Part shown: piece after piece, positions 1 to 9,539 of the stretch
Layout: each line of letters begins with the position of its first letter
Position numbering within the stretch: the first letter of the stretch is position 1
IMG/VR virus record: IMGVR_UViG_3300023273_000812
Coordinates: 37,750-101,749 of that record
From: a virus
Taxonomy: Duplodnaviria > Caudoviricetes
DNA length: 64,000 nt
Direction: 5' to 3' (one strand)
Made by a program: the position numbers and the translations under genes
The notes under the pieces: model-generated
What the model was told of the DNA's origin: nothing
Databases searched by the model: none
The model's input: the letters and a program-made list of their open reading frames with translations, nothing else

Positions 1-425
1 GCTACTAATCCTTGACCTTGACATAAGAGTCTAAGGTTAAGATCTTTAGAGACTAGTACTACATGTTCGTATTGCTTTTTCATTTCTAAAGCACATTCCA
101 TAATCCACAGATCCATCTTTCTAGGATTAGTGGTAGACTGTAAAGCCTTAATACCAATGTCTGAAGTTGTGCCTATAACTTTCACATTAATGTCTTCTTC
201 TTGTAGGTAAACTCCTTTTTGTAAATCTTGGTCACCTTGAATGTCTTGTATATTTCTACTTGCCTCCCTAGACTTAAAACTAACATTAGTTTTCTTTCTT
301 TCTTTTAAGTCATCCAGTTCTATGATTACAAAGATTGGGAGAGCAACATCATTGCCTTTAAAGTTTGTAATACATTCTGGATCATGAATAAGTACAGATG
401 TGTCTAATACATATAGTTTTCTCAT
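1..425 (-). CDS. PIN-domain PhoH-family protein, N-terminal part (runs off the left edge)
   Basis: Manual translation from ATG at 425 (AGGAGGT RBS): MRKLYVLDTSVLIHDPECITNFKGNDVALPIFVIIELDDLK...VVLVSKDLNLRL. This matches the PIN domain of PIN-PhoH proteins. Not in the ORF track. Confidence 0.85.
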   Translation of the reverse strand, partial: MRKLYVLDTSVLIHDPECITNFKGNDVALPIFVIIELDDLKERKKTNVSFKSREASRNIQDIQGDQDLQKGVYLQEEDINVKVIGTTSDIGIKALQSTTNPRKMDLWIMECALEMKKQYEHVVLVSKDLNLRLLCQGQGLV

Positions 426-741
426 TAAGTACCTCCTAGTACATAAACCACACAAGATAGAAAAGAAACTAAGTTCTGTGTGTATAATTAAGTGTTTATT
501 TGGAGTGTGAAAGTGAAAAACATAAAAATATTTTTATACTTGTGTTTAGCAGTGTTTACTTTAAGACTGAGTGTGAACACTTATAGATGGTATTGTTTAA
601 ATAGGGATTGTACAGATTATTCCTCTAAAACAGAAAGAGAGTGTGAAAGAACCAAAAGATACTTGAGATATAGTATACGCAAGGCTAATAAATGATGGTG
701 TTTAAGTTTAATGTGTGTATTTTTATTTATGGGGGTGACCT

Positions 742-1629
742 GTGAATATAAAAAGTACATTGTTCTGGTCTCATTTAAAAATGTATGAAGACTGTCCTCA
801 AAGGTTTCTTTGGACAAAAGGTTGGGATGGTATTGATGTAGGTGCTGGAGAGGGTAAACCAAAACCAGTTACTAAACCTACAAGTAGACATGCTGCTATT
901 ATGGGTATTGCTATTCATCACGCTATTGAGTTGTTTTATAATGATGAGATTTATCGTAACGGAAAAGGTGTTACAGATTTACTTTGTACACTAGCCACAG
1001 AAAAGTTTAACACTTTATGTGAAAAGTCTTTTATAGACTATGAGGAAGCCAAGTTAACTAAACAACAGATGTTAGACTTAGTTATTAATGGTGTTAAAGG
1101 GTTTGTACAGACTTGTAAACACAATAAATTACTAGGTACATATTCCAAGTCCGAAGTAAAAATGATAGCGTGGATTGACCAGTATAACAGTATTGGTGGG
1201 ATTGTAGACATTGTTGTTCGAAGAGAAGACTGTGGTACTTTACTGTTAGATGGTAAGAACAGTCGTATAAAAGAAAAGGTAGACGAGGATCAATTACACT
1301 TCTATGCTCTAGTGTATAGATACTCTTATAGAAAGATGCCGGACAAGTTAGGGTTCGTTTGGTTTAGGTATCCGTATGTAGAAAATACACAAGACACAGG
1401 TATTACTTGGGTAGATGTTAGTCAACAAAAGTTGGACGAGTTAATTACAAGGGTACAAACGGCTAAGAAAAGTATGTATAAGAAGAAGTTTAAAGCCAAA
1501 CCTAGTAGAGATGCTTGTATCTTTTGTAATTATAAAGATCAATGTTCTGAATACCAAGAAGGTGAGCAGTTAGTAGAGGGTATTAAAAAAGTACCAAAGA
1601 ATAATGGTTTTGGAGATTTCTCCCTATAA
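742..1629 (+). CDS. PD-(D/E)XK nuclease (RecB/Cas4-like exonuclease)
   Basis: N-terminal CP.RF, G.AIH helix, E...GIVD...LLDGK catalytic motifs, QL.FY motif, C-terminal CIFCNYKDQC cluster. Confidence 0.8.
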   Translation: MNIKSTLFWSHLKMYEDCPQRFLWTKGWDGIDVGAGEGKPKPVTKPTSRHAAIMGIAIHHAIELFYNDEIYRNGKGVTDLLCTLATEKFNTLCEKSFIDYEEAKLTKQQMLDLVINGVKGFVQTCKHNKLLGTYSKSEVKMIAWIDQYNSIGGIVDIVVRREDCGTLLLDGKNSRIKEKVDEDQLHFYALVYRYSYRKMPDKLGFVWFRYPYVENTQDTGITWVDVSQQKLDELITRVQTAKKSMYKKKFKAKPSRDACIFCNYKDQCSEYQEGEQLVEGIKKVPKNNGFGDFSL

Positions 1630-1671
1630 CCTAAAACCTTAAAATAGTATATACAACATAAGGAGGTAGGT

Positions 1672-1935
1672 ATGACTACGGAAGACCGGTTAAACAAAGC
1701 CATTAAGTTAAGAGAAACTTTATCCTCAGACTTACAAAGAATGTTAGGAAAGAAACAAGCCGCAGAACAGTCTTTATTAAAAGTCGAACAAGAGATAAGA
1801 GACGCTAACTTAGATCCCAACACTTTACAAGAAACTTTAACAAAGTTACAACAAGCCCTTGAACAAACATTAAGTGAGTTCGAGGCTCAACTCAATCTAG
1901 TACAGGATAAAATGTCCTTATATACGGAGAAATAA
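1672..1935 (+). CDS. small coiled-coil protein
   Basis: AGGAGG RBS; heptad-rich L/E/Q/K sequence. Confidence 0.7.
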   Translation: MTTEDRLNKAIKLRETLSSDLQRMLGKKQAAEQSLLKVEQEIRDANLDPNTLQETLTKLQQALEQTLSEFEAQLNLVQDKMSLYTEK

Positions 1936-3068
1936 TGAAAATTGAAGTCGCAAGAAATGATTTAGAGTTCTCTCTAAATACTACCAGAACAGCTGTAGGT
2001 AACGGTACAGACATTACATCACACTACCTGTTTCGTGTACATAATAATAAAGTAGAAGTTCTTTCCCAGAACTTAAGAGTGTTTAGTGGTGCTCCAATTA
2101 TTTGTACCTTTGAAGGTGAAGAGGGCGATGCTTTTACAGTGGAATCTTGGCGTTTAGATAAGTGGTTGTCCGGTGCTTCAGATGGTGTGTTAACACTTAC
2201 TTATAATGGTGGTGGGGATGTACAAGCCAAGTCCGGTCGTTCCTCTATTCGTTTAAGATCTTTAGATCCTAGTAAGTTTCCTTTTTGGGATAAGTTAATG
2301 TCTACGGCTACTACTGTTGGAAATATTGCCCCTGAAAAGATTACAAGGGCTTTAAATCTTACTAAGAACTTTGTTAGTACAGACGACACACTTAAACCAG
2401 AATTGTGTCAAGTAGAATCTATTGATGGTACATTTTGGGCTACAGATAGAAAAGGTGTGTGTAGTGCAAAAGTTCCTATGGGTGACTTGAACATTCGTAT
2501 TCCTGCTAAAGACATTACTCCAGTAACAAAGTTCTTGGGTAATGAGGATTCTGTTGAAGTGTTAACATCTACTCGTGAAGATGATAGTGGTTCTTGTGTA
2601 TTGTTTAAGAAGGAAACAGGTCACTACTTAGGTGTTACTAAGCCTGTTACACAGTTTCCGACCTTGGCTTTAGATCCAGATAAAGTGCCAGATTGTACAG
2701 TTAGTTTGGATATGGACGAGTTAACAGCAGGTTTGGCTGTCTTGTCGGCTTCTGCTCCTAAAGGTCATGAGAGTGTTACTTTCCGTTGGGATAGTGAGAA
2801 TCAAAAGGTGGTTTTGTCAATGCCAAGTGTTGCCGGTGGCAATGATGAGTACCCTCTAAGTTTGGCTGGACTTACAGTACATAGTAAAGAGTTCGAAACT
2901 TTTACTATCGACTATCCGTACTTGAAAGGTATTGTTAACGCTTTTGGTTTAGATAAAATTGATCTTGGTGTTAATAGTATGGGTCGAGCAGGTTTTACAT
3001 CTTTTAAGTATGAAGAAGAAGTAGAAGAAGGAAACTCATACTACGCTGTAATTGTATGGAGAACTTAA
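1935..3068 (+). CDS. DNA polymerase III beta-subunit-like sliding clamp
   Basis: 377 aa; MKIEV.RNDL...L start, L.S.DP.KFP, ATD.K motif and FP linker as in the three-domain DnaN fold; clamp loader nearby. Confidence 0.7.
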   Translation: MKIEVARNDLEFSLNTTRTAVGNGTDITSHYLFRVHNNKVEVLSQNLRVFSGAPIICTFEGEEGDAFTVESWRLDKWLSGASDGVLTLTYNGGGDVQAKSGRSSIRLRSLDPSKFPFWDKLMSTATTVGNIAPEKITRALNLTKNFVSTDDTLKPELCQVESIDGTFWATDRKGVCSAKVPMGDLNIRIPAKDITPVTKFLGNEDSVEVLTSTREDDSGSCVLFKKETGHYLGVTKPVTQFPTLALDPDKVPDCTVSLDMDELTAGLAVLSASAPKGHESVTFRWDSENQKVVLSMPSVAGGNDEYPLSLAGLTVHSKEFETFTIDYPYLKGIVNAFGLDKIDLGVNSMGRAGFTSFKYEEEVEEGNSYYAVIVWRT

Positions 3069-3725
3069 TTGTCTACTTATGATCAATTAATGTTTGTGTA
3101 TAAGGGCTTAAGGGAGGATTACATCCGAACAAAAGCCCTTATTGATACACATAAAAAACAACATGAAGAGTTGTTGGAACAAGTTTTAGATCTAAAACAT
3201 CGAACAGATATATTAGATAAAACTTGTTCTGTTCTTCGTGGTTTAATTGACCATGAAATGGTAGCCAATATAACAACAGCGGAAACATTATTAACAGAAG
3301 GATTACAACATATCTTTGACGACTTAAATCTAAGTGTACGAGCGGACACTAGTATACAAAGAGGTAAAGTGTCTGTAGACTTTGTAACAGTACAAGAACA
3401 TACTACTGGCATGATAACAGAAGGTAGTTCTATGGATGTTTATGGTGGTTCTGTATCTACAGTACAATCCACTCTACTAAGGATTGTTGTACTAACAAGA
3501 AGAAGTTTACGACCTTTATTGTTATTGGATGAAAGTTTATCGGCAGTGGCTGAAAGGTATGTTCCAAGAGTAGGAAACTTTTTAAGAACACTGTCAGAAA
3601 AGTTAAACTTAGACATTCTAGTGGTAACACATAATCCAACATTAGTAGAGCAAGCGGATGTTGCTTATAGGATTAAAAAAATAAAAGGTTCGGCTACTTT
3701 CACAAAAATAGGGCGTTCACAATGA
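3069..3725 (+). CDS. SbcC/Rad50-like ABC ATPase, C-terminal half
   Basis: Coiled coil, then YGGS signature-like segment, Walker B LLLLDES and H-loop LVVTH; no Walker A. Confidence 0.75.
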   Translation: MSTYDQLMFVYKGLREDYIRTKALIDTHKKQHEELLEQVLDLKHRTDILDKTCSVLRGLIDHEMVANITTAETLLTEGLQHIFDDLNLSVRADTSIQRGKVSVDFVTVQEHTTGMITEGSSMDVYGGSVSTVQSTLLRIVVLTRRSLRPLLLLDESLSAVAERYVPRVGNFLRTLSEKLNLDILVVTHNPTLVEQADVAYRIKKIKGSATFTKIGRSQ

Positions 3726-4138
3726 AAACCGATGGTGAAATAAAACAACGATTAAAACAAATTCGTTTCCGAACTATTAAAAAAGAAATTGAAAACCTAC
3801 TTAAAAGAACCGCTTCTAACTGTAGGTTTAACTACTTATTAAAACCACAAGGACAAGACACTACTCAGTTATGTGATATGTTAGAAGGTGGTGTTTATAT
3901 TTGTAAGTGTCCAGATTACAATACACATATATGTGATACTCGTTTTTCTCAAGAGGACCCGGCTGTAAAATGTCCTTACTTTGACACTAGACACAACAAG
4001 GACTTAATTAAACAATCTTTATCTGGTTTCTTTGACAATGCCCCCGTAGAAGAAATCTTAGTAAGATTTCCACAGATAGCTACCCTGTTATGGGTGTTAC
4101 AAGAAGACGATGTAAAACCTACAACAGAAGAAGACTAA
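3722..4138 (+). CDS. Cys-rich hypothetical protein
   Basis: ATGA overlap with the upstream gene; several Cys, possibly metal-binding. Confidence 0.6.
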   Translation: MKTDGEIKQRLKQIRFRTIKKEIENLLKRTASNCRFNYLLKPQGQDTTQLCDMLEGGVYICKCPDYNTHICDTRFSQEDPAVKCPYFDTRHNKDLIKQSLSGFFDNAPVEEILVRFPQIATLLWVLQEDDVKPTTEED

Positions 4139-4650
4139 TGTTATTACAAGTTATTCAAATGAAGACACCCCAACCTCCTATTATGTTTGAATGCGGTGTG
4201 GATCAACAATTAGATGGACCTTACTTAGTTAGTTCGACGAAAGACTTTATATGGGTAAACAGACAGTTCCCAGGTAATCTATTAAGAGCCGCTACTAGGC
4301 AAGGGTCTATAAACGAGTTGTTTATGGACATTGTTTTTAAGTGTAAAGAAATGTCCCTACAATCCCAATGGGGTTCTTGTTTGGAATATAACAACACTAA
4401 TATACAGGATCGTTTACAACAGGTACAAGAGTACTTTAACTACTTTGGTTTTACAGAGTTTGATGTTTATACAAACGAAACAGTAAACGATGTTAACAGT
4501 ACCCTAGTAAGTTGGGTACCTGAAAAGTATATAGTTGTGACACCCAAGGATAAAACATACTTAGGCACTGTTTATAACTTTAACTCAAACTTAAATGGTG
4601 TAGTTGTACATAATCCTTCTAGGGGTATTTGTATCTTATATCCAGAGTAA
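4138..4650 (+). CDS. hypothetical protein
   Basis: TAATG-coupled start at 4138 is more likely than 4090. Confidence 0.6.
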   Translation: MLLQVIQMKTPQPPIMFECGVDQQLDGPYLVSSTKDFIWVNRQFPGNLLRAATRQGSINELFMDIVFKCKEMSLQSQWGSCLEYNNTNIQDRLQQVQEYFNYFGFTEFDVYTNETVNDVNSTLVSWVPEKYIVVTPKDKTYLGTVYNFNSNLNGVVVHNPSRGICILYPE

Positions 4651-4653
4651 TAC

Positions 4654-5364
4654 ATGAGAGAGTGGTTGTTAAACGCTATTAAGGATTTAACCTTACCGGA
4701 AGAAGCTTTAGGTTATGTTTTAGGTAGAGGTTTACCTTATACACTTGTACAGGAACTAAAAATAGGTGTGTGGAAAACACAAACGGAAAGAGCCCCAGAC
4801 TCGGACTTTCATACTAATGGTGTGATGGGTCATCGTTTACATGGTATGTTGTGTATTCCTATCTACTCTCCTAGAGGTGTGTTAATAGGCTGTGAGTTTC
4901 GTAATATGGAAGAGAAACTTGTTCGTAAGTATTACTTACCTGATGTTAAGTGGAATCCAGCTTTTGTAGGTATGTGTCCTAGTGTGTTTGAAGGAATTTG
5001 TAAGGGTTATGATGTGTGGTTGGTAGAAGGTGTGTTTGATCTAAGTATCCTAAAAGCCTTACCTAAAAATCATGTGTGTCTAGCGATGGGTGGTGCTAGA
5101 GTAACTCCTACACAAGTAAAGTTCTTACAAAGGTTTATACGACCTAAGGCTACTGTACATATATGTTTTGATATGGATGAAACAGGTAGAAAGTTAAGTG
5201 CTGGATATAAAAATGATCAGGGAAAACTAATTTGGGGTCTAAAACAGAAACTGGATACAGTACATATAAACACTAGGTTGGTTACTTACTTTGGAGGTAA
5301 AGATCCTGGTGAAATATGGGAAAGTGGTGGAACACTAGCCCTTAAAAAATCCTTTAACTTATAA
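4654..5364 (+). CDS. DnaG-like primase catalytic/Toprim protein
   Basis: Y..GRG, IPI.S..G...G...R, VEGVFD, CFDMD..G and KDPGE Toprim motifs; no N-terminal zinc finger. Confidence 0.8.
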   Translation: MREWLLNAIKDLTLPEEALGYVLGRGLPYTLVQELKIGVWKTQTERAPDSDFHTNGVMGHRLHGMLCIPIYSPRGVLIGCEFRNMEEKLVRKYYLPDVKWNPAFVGMCPSVFEGICKGYDVWLVEGVFDLSILKALPKNHVCLAMGGARVTPTQVKFLQRFIRPKATVHICFDMDETGRKLSAGYKNDQGKLIWGLKQKLDTVHINTRLVTYFGGKDPGEIWESGGTLALKKSFNL

Positions 5365-5381
5365 TCTTTGGAGATTAAAAA

Positions 5382-5840
5382 ATGTCTGCTACTATTTGGA
5401 AAGCACGAGAAGAAATTGTGTCTGATGTACACACCCTAATTCATAATAATCACCCACACTTATCTTACTTGGTAGATGAGATCTGTGTAGTGTTTCGGGA
5501 AAAGGCTACTATGTCTGGTGGTCAAACAGTCTTTGGTAAAGTAACTAAATGTTCTGACTTGATTAACGCTATGTCTGGTACAGATTACCAGTTGATTATG
5601 GAGTTGGCTGCAGATACTTGGACTAACGACTTAGATACACACGCACAAGAAGCATTGTTGGACAGTTTGTTGTGTTCTATTCATGTAGAAGAGAATCCTA
5701 AAACTGGTGACATGAAAATTAAAATCTTGAAGCCAGACATTATGGCACATCGTTCTAACATTGAGAAATATGGTATGTGGATGCCTAAACAAGAAGACTT
5801 GGACTTAGATAACTTAGAGGAAGTTGAAGAACAAGGTTAA
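5382..5840 (+). CDS. putative phage metallopeptidase-like protein (degenerate HExxH)
   Basis: HPHL...I...F, G.V.K, D....L..D.W, ALLDSLLCSI where the family normally has ALxDHELxH, PD........KYG. Confidence 0.55.
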   Translation: MSATIWKAREEIVSDVHTLIHNNHPHLSYLVDEICVVFREKATMSGGQTVFGKVTKCSDLINAMSGTDYQLIMELAADTWTNDLDTHAQEALLDSLLCSIHVEENPKTGDMKIKILKPDIMAHRSNIEKYGMWMPKQEDLDLDNLEEVEEQG

Positions 5841-5863
5841 TAATAGGTTGTTTATCTTGTATT

Positions 5864-5892
5864 AAAAGGAGAGTGATACACTCTCCTTTTTT
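5864..5892 (+). terminator. stem-loop / intrinsic terminator
   Basis: AAAAGGAGAGTG-ATA-CACTCTCCTTTT plus T-run. Confidence 0.7.
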
Positions 5893-5903
5893 AGGTTTAA
5901 GTT

Positions 5904-6938
5904 ATGGTAGATAGTAAGACAGTAGTAAAACGATATATACTCAGACAAGCGGCTTTACAGGCCTATACAGAAGCCACACAGTCTAGGTACGCTTTTAATA
6001 GTAGACAGGCCCGTAAAGTAAGACAAGAGTTTACAGTAGAGGTGTTTGAAGCTTTTACTTATCCTTTTTTAAAGAAGGCTGTAGATAAGTTTACAATCAA
6101 GGATGTGGTTAAAAAGGTTAAAGACATCTGGTTGGCTTTTCAAAAAGTTCCTAAGTATTGGGAACAGTTTAAAAGTATGTTAGGTATTACAGCTAAAAAC
6201 CTTATTACATTCACAGCACAGTTACCTAAAAAGATTATAGAGTTTTTCAAAAACGGATATAAAGGGTTTACAGATGTTGTTAAACAGATGCAAAGTAAAC
6301 TGTCCGAGTTTATGAAGGTGTTTAATGCTATAAGTAGTAACATTACTCCCTTTAACTTATTAATGGAAAAGGCTACAACATACCTAAAAGAATCCCCAGT
6401 CGGTAAACAGGTTATTGGTGTGTTAGACAACGGCAAGAAGAAAGCCGAAGACTTCCTTAGTAACATTAAGTTTAAAAGTGGTAATACTGGCTTAGACTTA
6501 ATGAAAGATATACTGAATACTTTTCTAGATGGTAAGGTATCCAATACAGTAGGTATACCTTTAAAGGCTTACATTTTCTTTGACATCTGGATTAGTGTGG
6601 CCGAGTTGTCTTGGGATTATACTGGAATCGTTAAAGGTATGTTAGGTCTTTTATCTTGGAGAGACTTGTTAGGAACACTACCTGAAAGTGGTGTGGGTTA
6701 CTTAGTAAATAAGTTTCTAGGTTTCGCCTTCCCTGGTTTTGCTATTTTTAAAGGATACTCTTTGTTGACAAAGATAACAGGTAATCGTTTGATGTTAGTA
6801 ATACCTGTGTTCCAAATTATTTACTTAATTAAAAATAAGTTAATAGCCATAGGCTCTTCCGTTATTAAGTTCTTTTGGGATAAGATGGGTATCCCAGACT
6901 TTAAGGACAAAGGATTGCCGGAAACAATAAGTTTGTAA
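5904..6938 (+). CDS. hypothetical protein with basic leader and C-terminal hydrophobic helices
   Basis: VVKRYILRQAA leader, amphipathic middle, hydrophobic C-terminal segments. Confidence 0.7.
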   Translation: MVDSKTVVKRYILRQAALQAYTEATQSRYAFNSRQARKVRQEFTVEVFEAFTYPFLKKAVDKFTIKDVVKKVKDIWLAFQKVPKYWEQFKSMLGITAKNLITFTAQLPKKIIEFFKNGYKGFTDVVKQMQSKLSEFMKVFNAISSNITPFNLLMEKATTYLKESPVGKQVIGVLDNGKKKAEDFLSNIKFKSGNTGLDLMKDILNTFLDGKVSNTVGIPLKAYIFFDIWISVAELSWDYTGIVKGMLGLLSWRDLLGTLPESGVGYLVNKFLGFAFPGFAIFKGYSLLTKITGNRLMLVIPVFQIIYLIKNKLIAIGSSVIKFFWDKMGIPDFKDKGLPETISL

Positions 6939-6999
6939 ATAATCCTAGTATTGTTGACACGCATATAGTATATATGTACAACAAGATTAGGAGATAGCT

Positions 7000-8370
7000 A
7001 TGGCTTTAGACACAAAGTACAGACCACGAAATTATGTAGATGTTTTAGGACAAGAATCTAGTACTGCTGTTTTAAAACAGTTTGTGAAAGAAGGAAAAGG
7101 CTTTCACCAGTCTTATGTGTTTTGTGGTCAACATGGTTCTGGTAAAACAACAATGGGTCGTATTCTAGCCCGTGCTTTATTGTGTTCTAATCCTGTAGAA
7201 GGTGAACCTTGTAATGAGTGCGAATCCTGTAATACCTTTCTAAGTGGTGGTGTACACGCTAACTTTGAAGAGTTAGATGCTGCTACTAGATCAGGTAAGG
7301 CTGACTTAGCACAAATTATAGAAGAACTTAACTACGCTTCCTTTTCAGGTAAAAGAAAGATTTACTTGTTCGACGAGTCCCATCGTTTATCTAAACAGGC
7401 CTTAGATGCGTTATTAAAACCGATGGAAGACACAATAGAAGGAAGTGAAGACAAAAGACTTATCTGTATTTTCTGTACAACAGAACCAGAGAAAATGGTA
7501 TCTACTATCTTCTCTAGATGTGCTCCAGCGTTTGTTATTAAAGCCGTAGACGCAGAAGGTATTGCTGAACGATTGGCTTATGTGTGTGAACAAGAGAGTA
7601 TTAACTATACTATAGATTCCTTAGTAACAATAGCGGAAGTAGCAGAGTGTCACATTAGAGACTGTTTAAAAATGGTTGAAGGTGTGTCTATGTTAGGGGA
7701 CATTAATAAGCAGACAGTTACTCAGTACTTACAGATAGGTGCTAATGATTATATTGTGGACACACTTTTAAACATTGGTGTGGATCTAAATCAATGTGTA
7801 CAGAATACAGATTTACTATCTAAAGAAGTTTCTCCAAGTGTTGCATATGAAAGATTAGCAGATTGTTGTATGGTGGCTTATCGTAAGTTTTTAGGTGTGG
7901 GTAAAGTTCCTAAACAATGGGAGGAGTCCAAGATAGAGGAACTATCTAAGAAGGGTGAACAGTTATTAACATTGTCTATGAAGTTTGCTGCTCCAATACA
8001 TAAACCTAGTAAACAAACATTGGTGTTAGATATAGCAATGTGTCATTATGGAGATAAGTTCCAAGTCCCAGATAATTGTGTTACAATAAACTTTAATAAC
8101 AGTGGTGCTAAATCTTCTACTAATGAGCATAAAAAATCAACAGTAGAAAAGATAAATGTAAGTAATATACAAAGTGAGGTTGTTAAAACAGACAAGCCAG
8201 TAAAGGGTCAGGTAAGTCAGTCTTTAACTCCTACAGGTGTCTGGGTAGACCCTAGAGCCATAAAAAGTATAAATACACAAAAAAGAATCACTAACGGGTT
8301 AGCACCTAATGAGTTTAGATCGATACTACTGTATCATCTGCGGAGACAAATAGATGGAGAGAGATGGTAA
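7000..8370 (+). CDS. dnaX: DNA polymerase III gamma/tau-like clamp loader
   Basis: KYRP, Walker A GQHGSGKTT, zinc motif CSNP..EPCNECESC, ELDAA, DESHRLS...DALLK..E, TTE, SRC motif. Confidence 0.92.
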   Translation: MALDTKYRPRNYVDVLGQESSTAVLKQFVKEGKGFHQSYVFCGQHGSGKTTMGRILARALLCSNPVEGEPCNECESCNTFLSGGVHANFEELDAATRSGKADLAQIIEELNYASFSGKRKIYLFDESHRLSKQALDALLKPMEDTIEGSEDKRLICIFCTTEPEKMVSTIFSRCAPAFVIKAVDAEGIAERLAYVCEQESINYTIDSLVTIAEVAECHIRDCLKMVEGVSMLGDINKQTVTQYLQIGANDYIVDTLLNIGVDLNQCVQNTDLLSKEVSPSVAYERLADCCMVAYRKFLGVGKVPKQWEESKIEELSKKGEQLLTLSMKFAAPIHKPSKQTLVLDIAMCHYGDKFQVPDNCVTINFNNSGAKSSTNEHKKSTVEKINVSNIQSEVVKTDKPVKGQVSQSLTPTGVWVDPRAIKSINTQKRITNGLAPNEFRSILLYHLRRQIDGERW

Positions 8371-8893
8371 AACTTGGGTAATCCTTCAGTTAACTCCTTA
8401 TGGGGAAGCCTTAGCTGAAAAGGGTGAACTGTATTCCAAACTTCGTAGGAGTATTCCTAGGGAAAAGGAAATCTTTATACCATACCATCGAATAAACTTC
8501 CAAGGAAAAATTACAAAGTTAAATGTGTTAGAGGGTTATTGTTTTGTAGAATCGGGTCTACCAGAAAATGATTACTTTAACTTTGGCTTAGAAAATTACA
8601 TTGAAGATGTTTTACATAGTAAAAGTAGTAAGAGAGGTCCTATTACTTTACAGACTGTAAGGGATGTAGATGTGCAAAAATTAAAAGACAGTCTACAAGA
8701 AATGCTAAGCCAAGACTTACAAGAAGATATGAGTGTAACTATTACAAGTGGTATCTACAAAGGTTTAGAGGGTAAGGTTGTAGGCTTTACAGAAGATAGG
8801 GGTGAGGCTTTTATTTATATAAGTTTAAGATCTTTAAAAGCCATCCGAACTGTTCCTACAATACTTTTAACTACGGAGGTAGAGGATGTCTAA
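8354..8893 (+). CDS. NusG-like transcription elongation/antitermination factor
   Basis: NGN-like W.ILQ...IFIP...LEGYCFV and C-terminal KOW V.I.SG.YKGLEGKV. Confidence 0.75.
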   Translation: MERDGKTWVILQLTPYGEALAEKGELYSKLRRSIPREKEIFIPYHRINFQGKITKLNVLEGYCFVESGLPENDYFNFGLENYIEDVLHSKSSKRGPITLQTVRDVDVQKLKDSLQEMLSQDLQEDMSVTITSGIYKGLEGKVVGFTEDRGEAFIYISLRSLKAIRTVPTILLTTEVEDV

Positions 8894-9491
8894 GTATTGG
8901 AGTAACTTTGTATATTTTGACAGCCATGACTTTGAAGGAATGTTTTCCAACGAAGACGGTATACATAACTTTCCTACATACAGTGAAGTCTTAGACGAAG
9001 ACTCCCAAGAGAAATTAGATAGTATTAGGGAAGTGTTAGAAGAATTACCACCAAGGGAAGCCGATTTTATTGACTTGTACTTTTTTAAAAAAGTAACACA
9101 GTTGGGTATAGCAGACTTGTTTGGTGTTTCTCAACCTACAGTATGTTATAGGTTAGCTAAAGCCGCTAAAAGATTAAGTTACATAATTAACACACCAAAC
9201 TATCCTATTAGTAGTGTGGAAGAAGACTTGAGGGGTGTGTTAACAGACGAGTTGGACATTAATATAATGTTGTTAATGTTACAAAAAACTTGTCAGTCAG
9301 AAGTAGCCCGAGAATTAAATGTTTCACAAGGATTAGTTCGTTATAGGTTTATGCGTAACTTAAAACAAATTAAAAACTTTAAGGATTTAGATAAAACCAT
9401 ACAGTGTTTAGAGCATGTGTCTAATCACTTTAACATTCTAAAAGACACTAACAGATCAAAACTAGAAGAGTCTATTACTTATTCCTTATAA
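8886..9491 (+). CDS. sigma-70 region 4-like protein with two HTH domains
   Basis: LEELPPRE..FI.LYFF...TQ..IA.LFGVSQPTV and a second QSEVARELNVSQGLV. Confidence 0.7.
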   Translation: MSKYWSNFVYFDSHDFEGMFSNEDGIHNFPTYSEVLDEDSQEKLDSIREVLEELPPREADFIDLYFFKKVTQLGIADLFGVSQPTVCYRLAKAAKRLSYIINTPNYPISSVEEDLRGVLTDELDINIMLLMLQKTCQSEVARELNVSQGLVRYRFMRNLKQIKNFKDLDKTIQCLEHVSNHFNILKDTNRSKLEESITYSL

Positions 9492-9539
9492 CAATAAATA
9501 CTTTATACATTACATAGTGTGTCAGTAAAAAGGATTGTT

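Noticed and set aside
491-680. Mini-CRISPR array next to a Cas4-like nuclease
   Set aside because: The shared repeat is only 9 bp with dissimilar flanks and there are no other cas genes; the nuclease fits a phage recombination exonuclease
492-862. ORFs 492..695 (+) and 617..862 (-)
   Set aside because: No good RBS, atypical composition; they overlap a probable regulatory region or the nuclease gene
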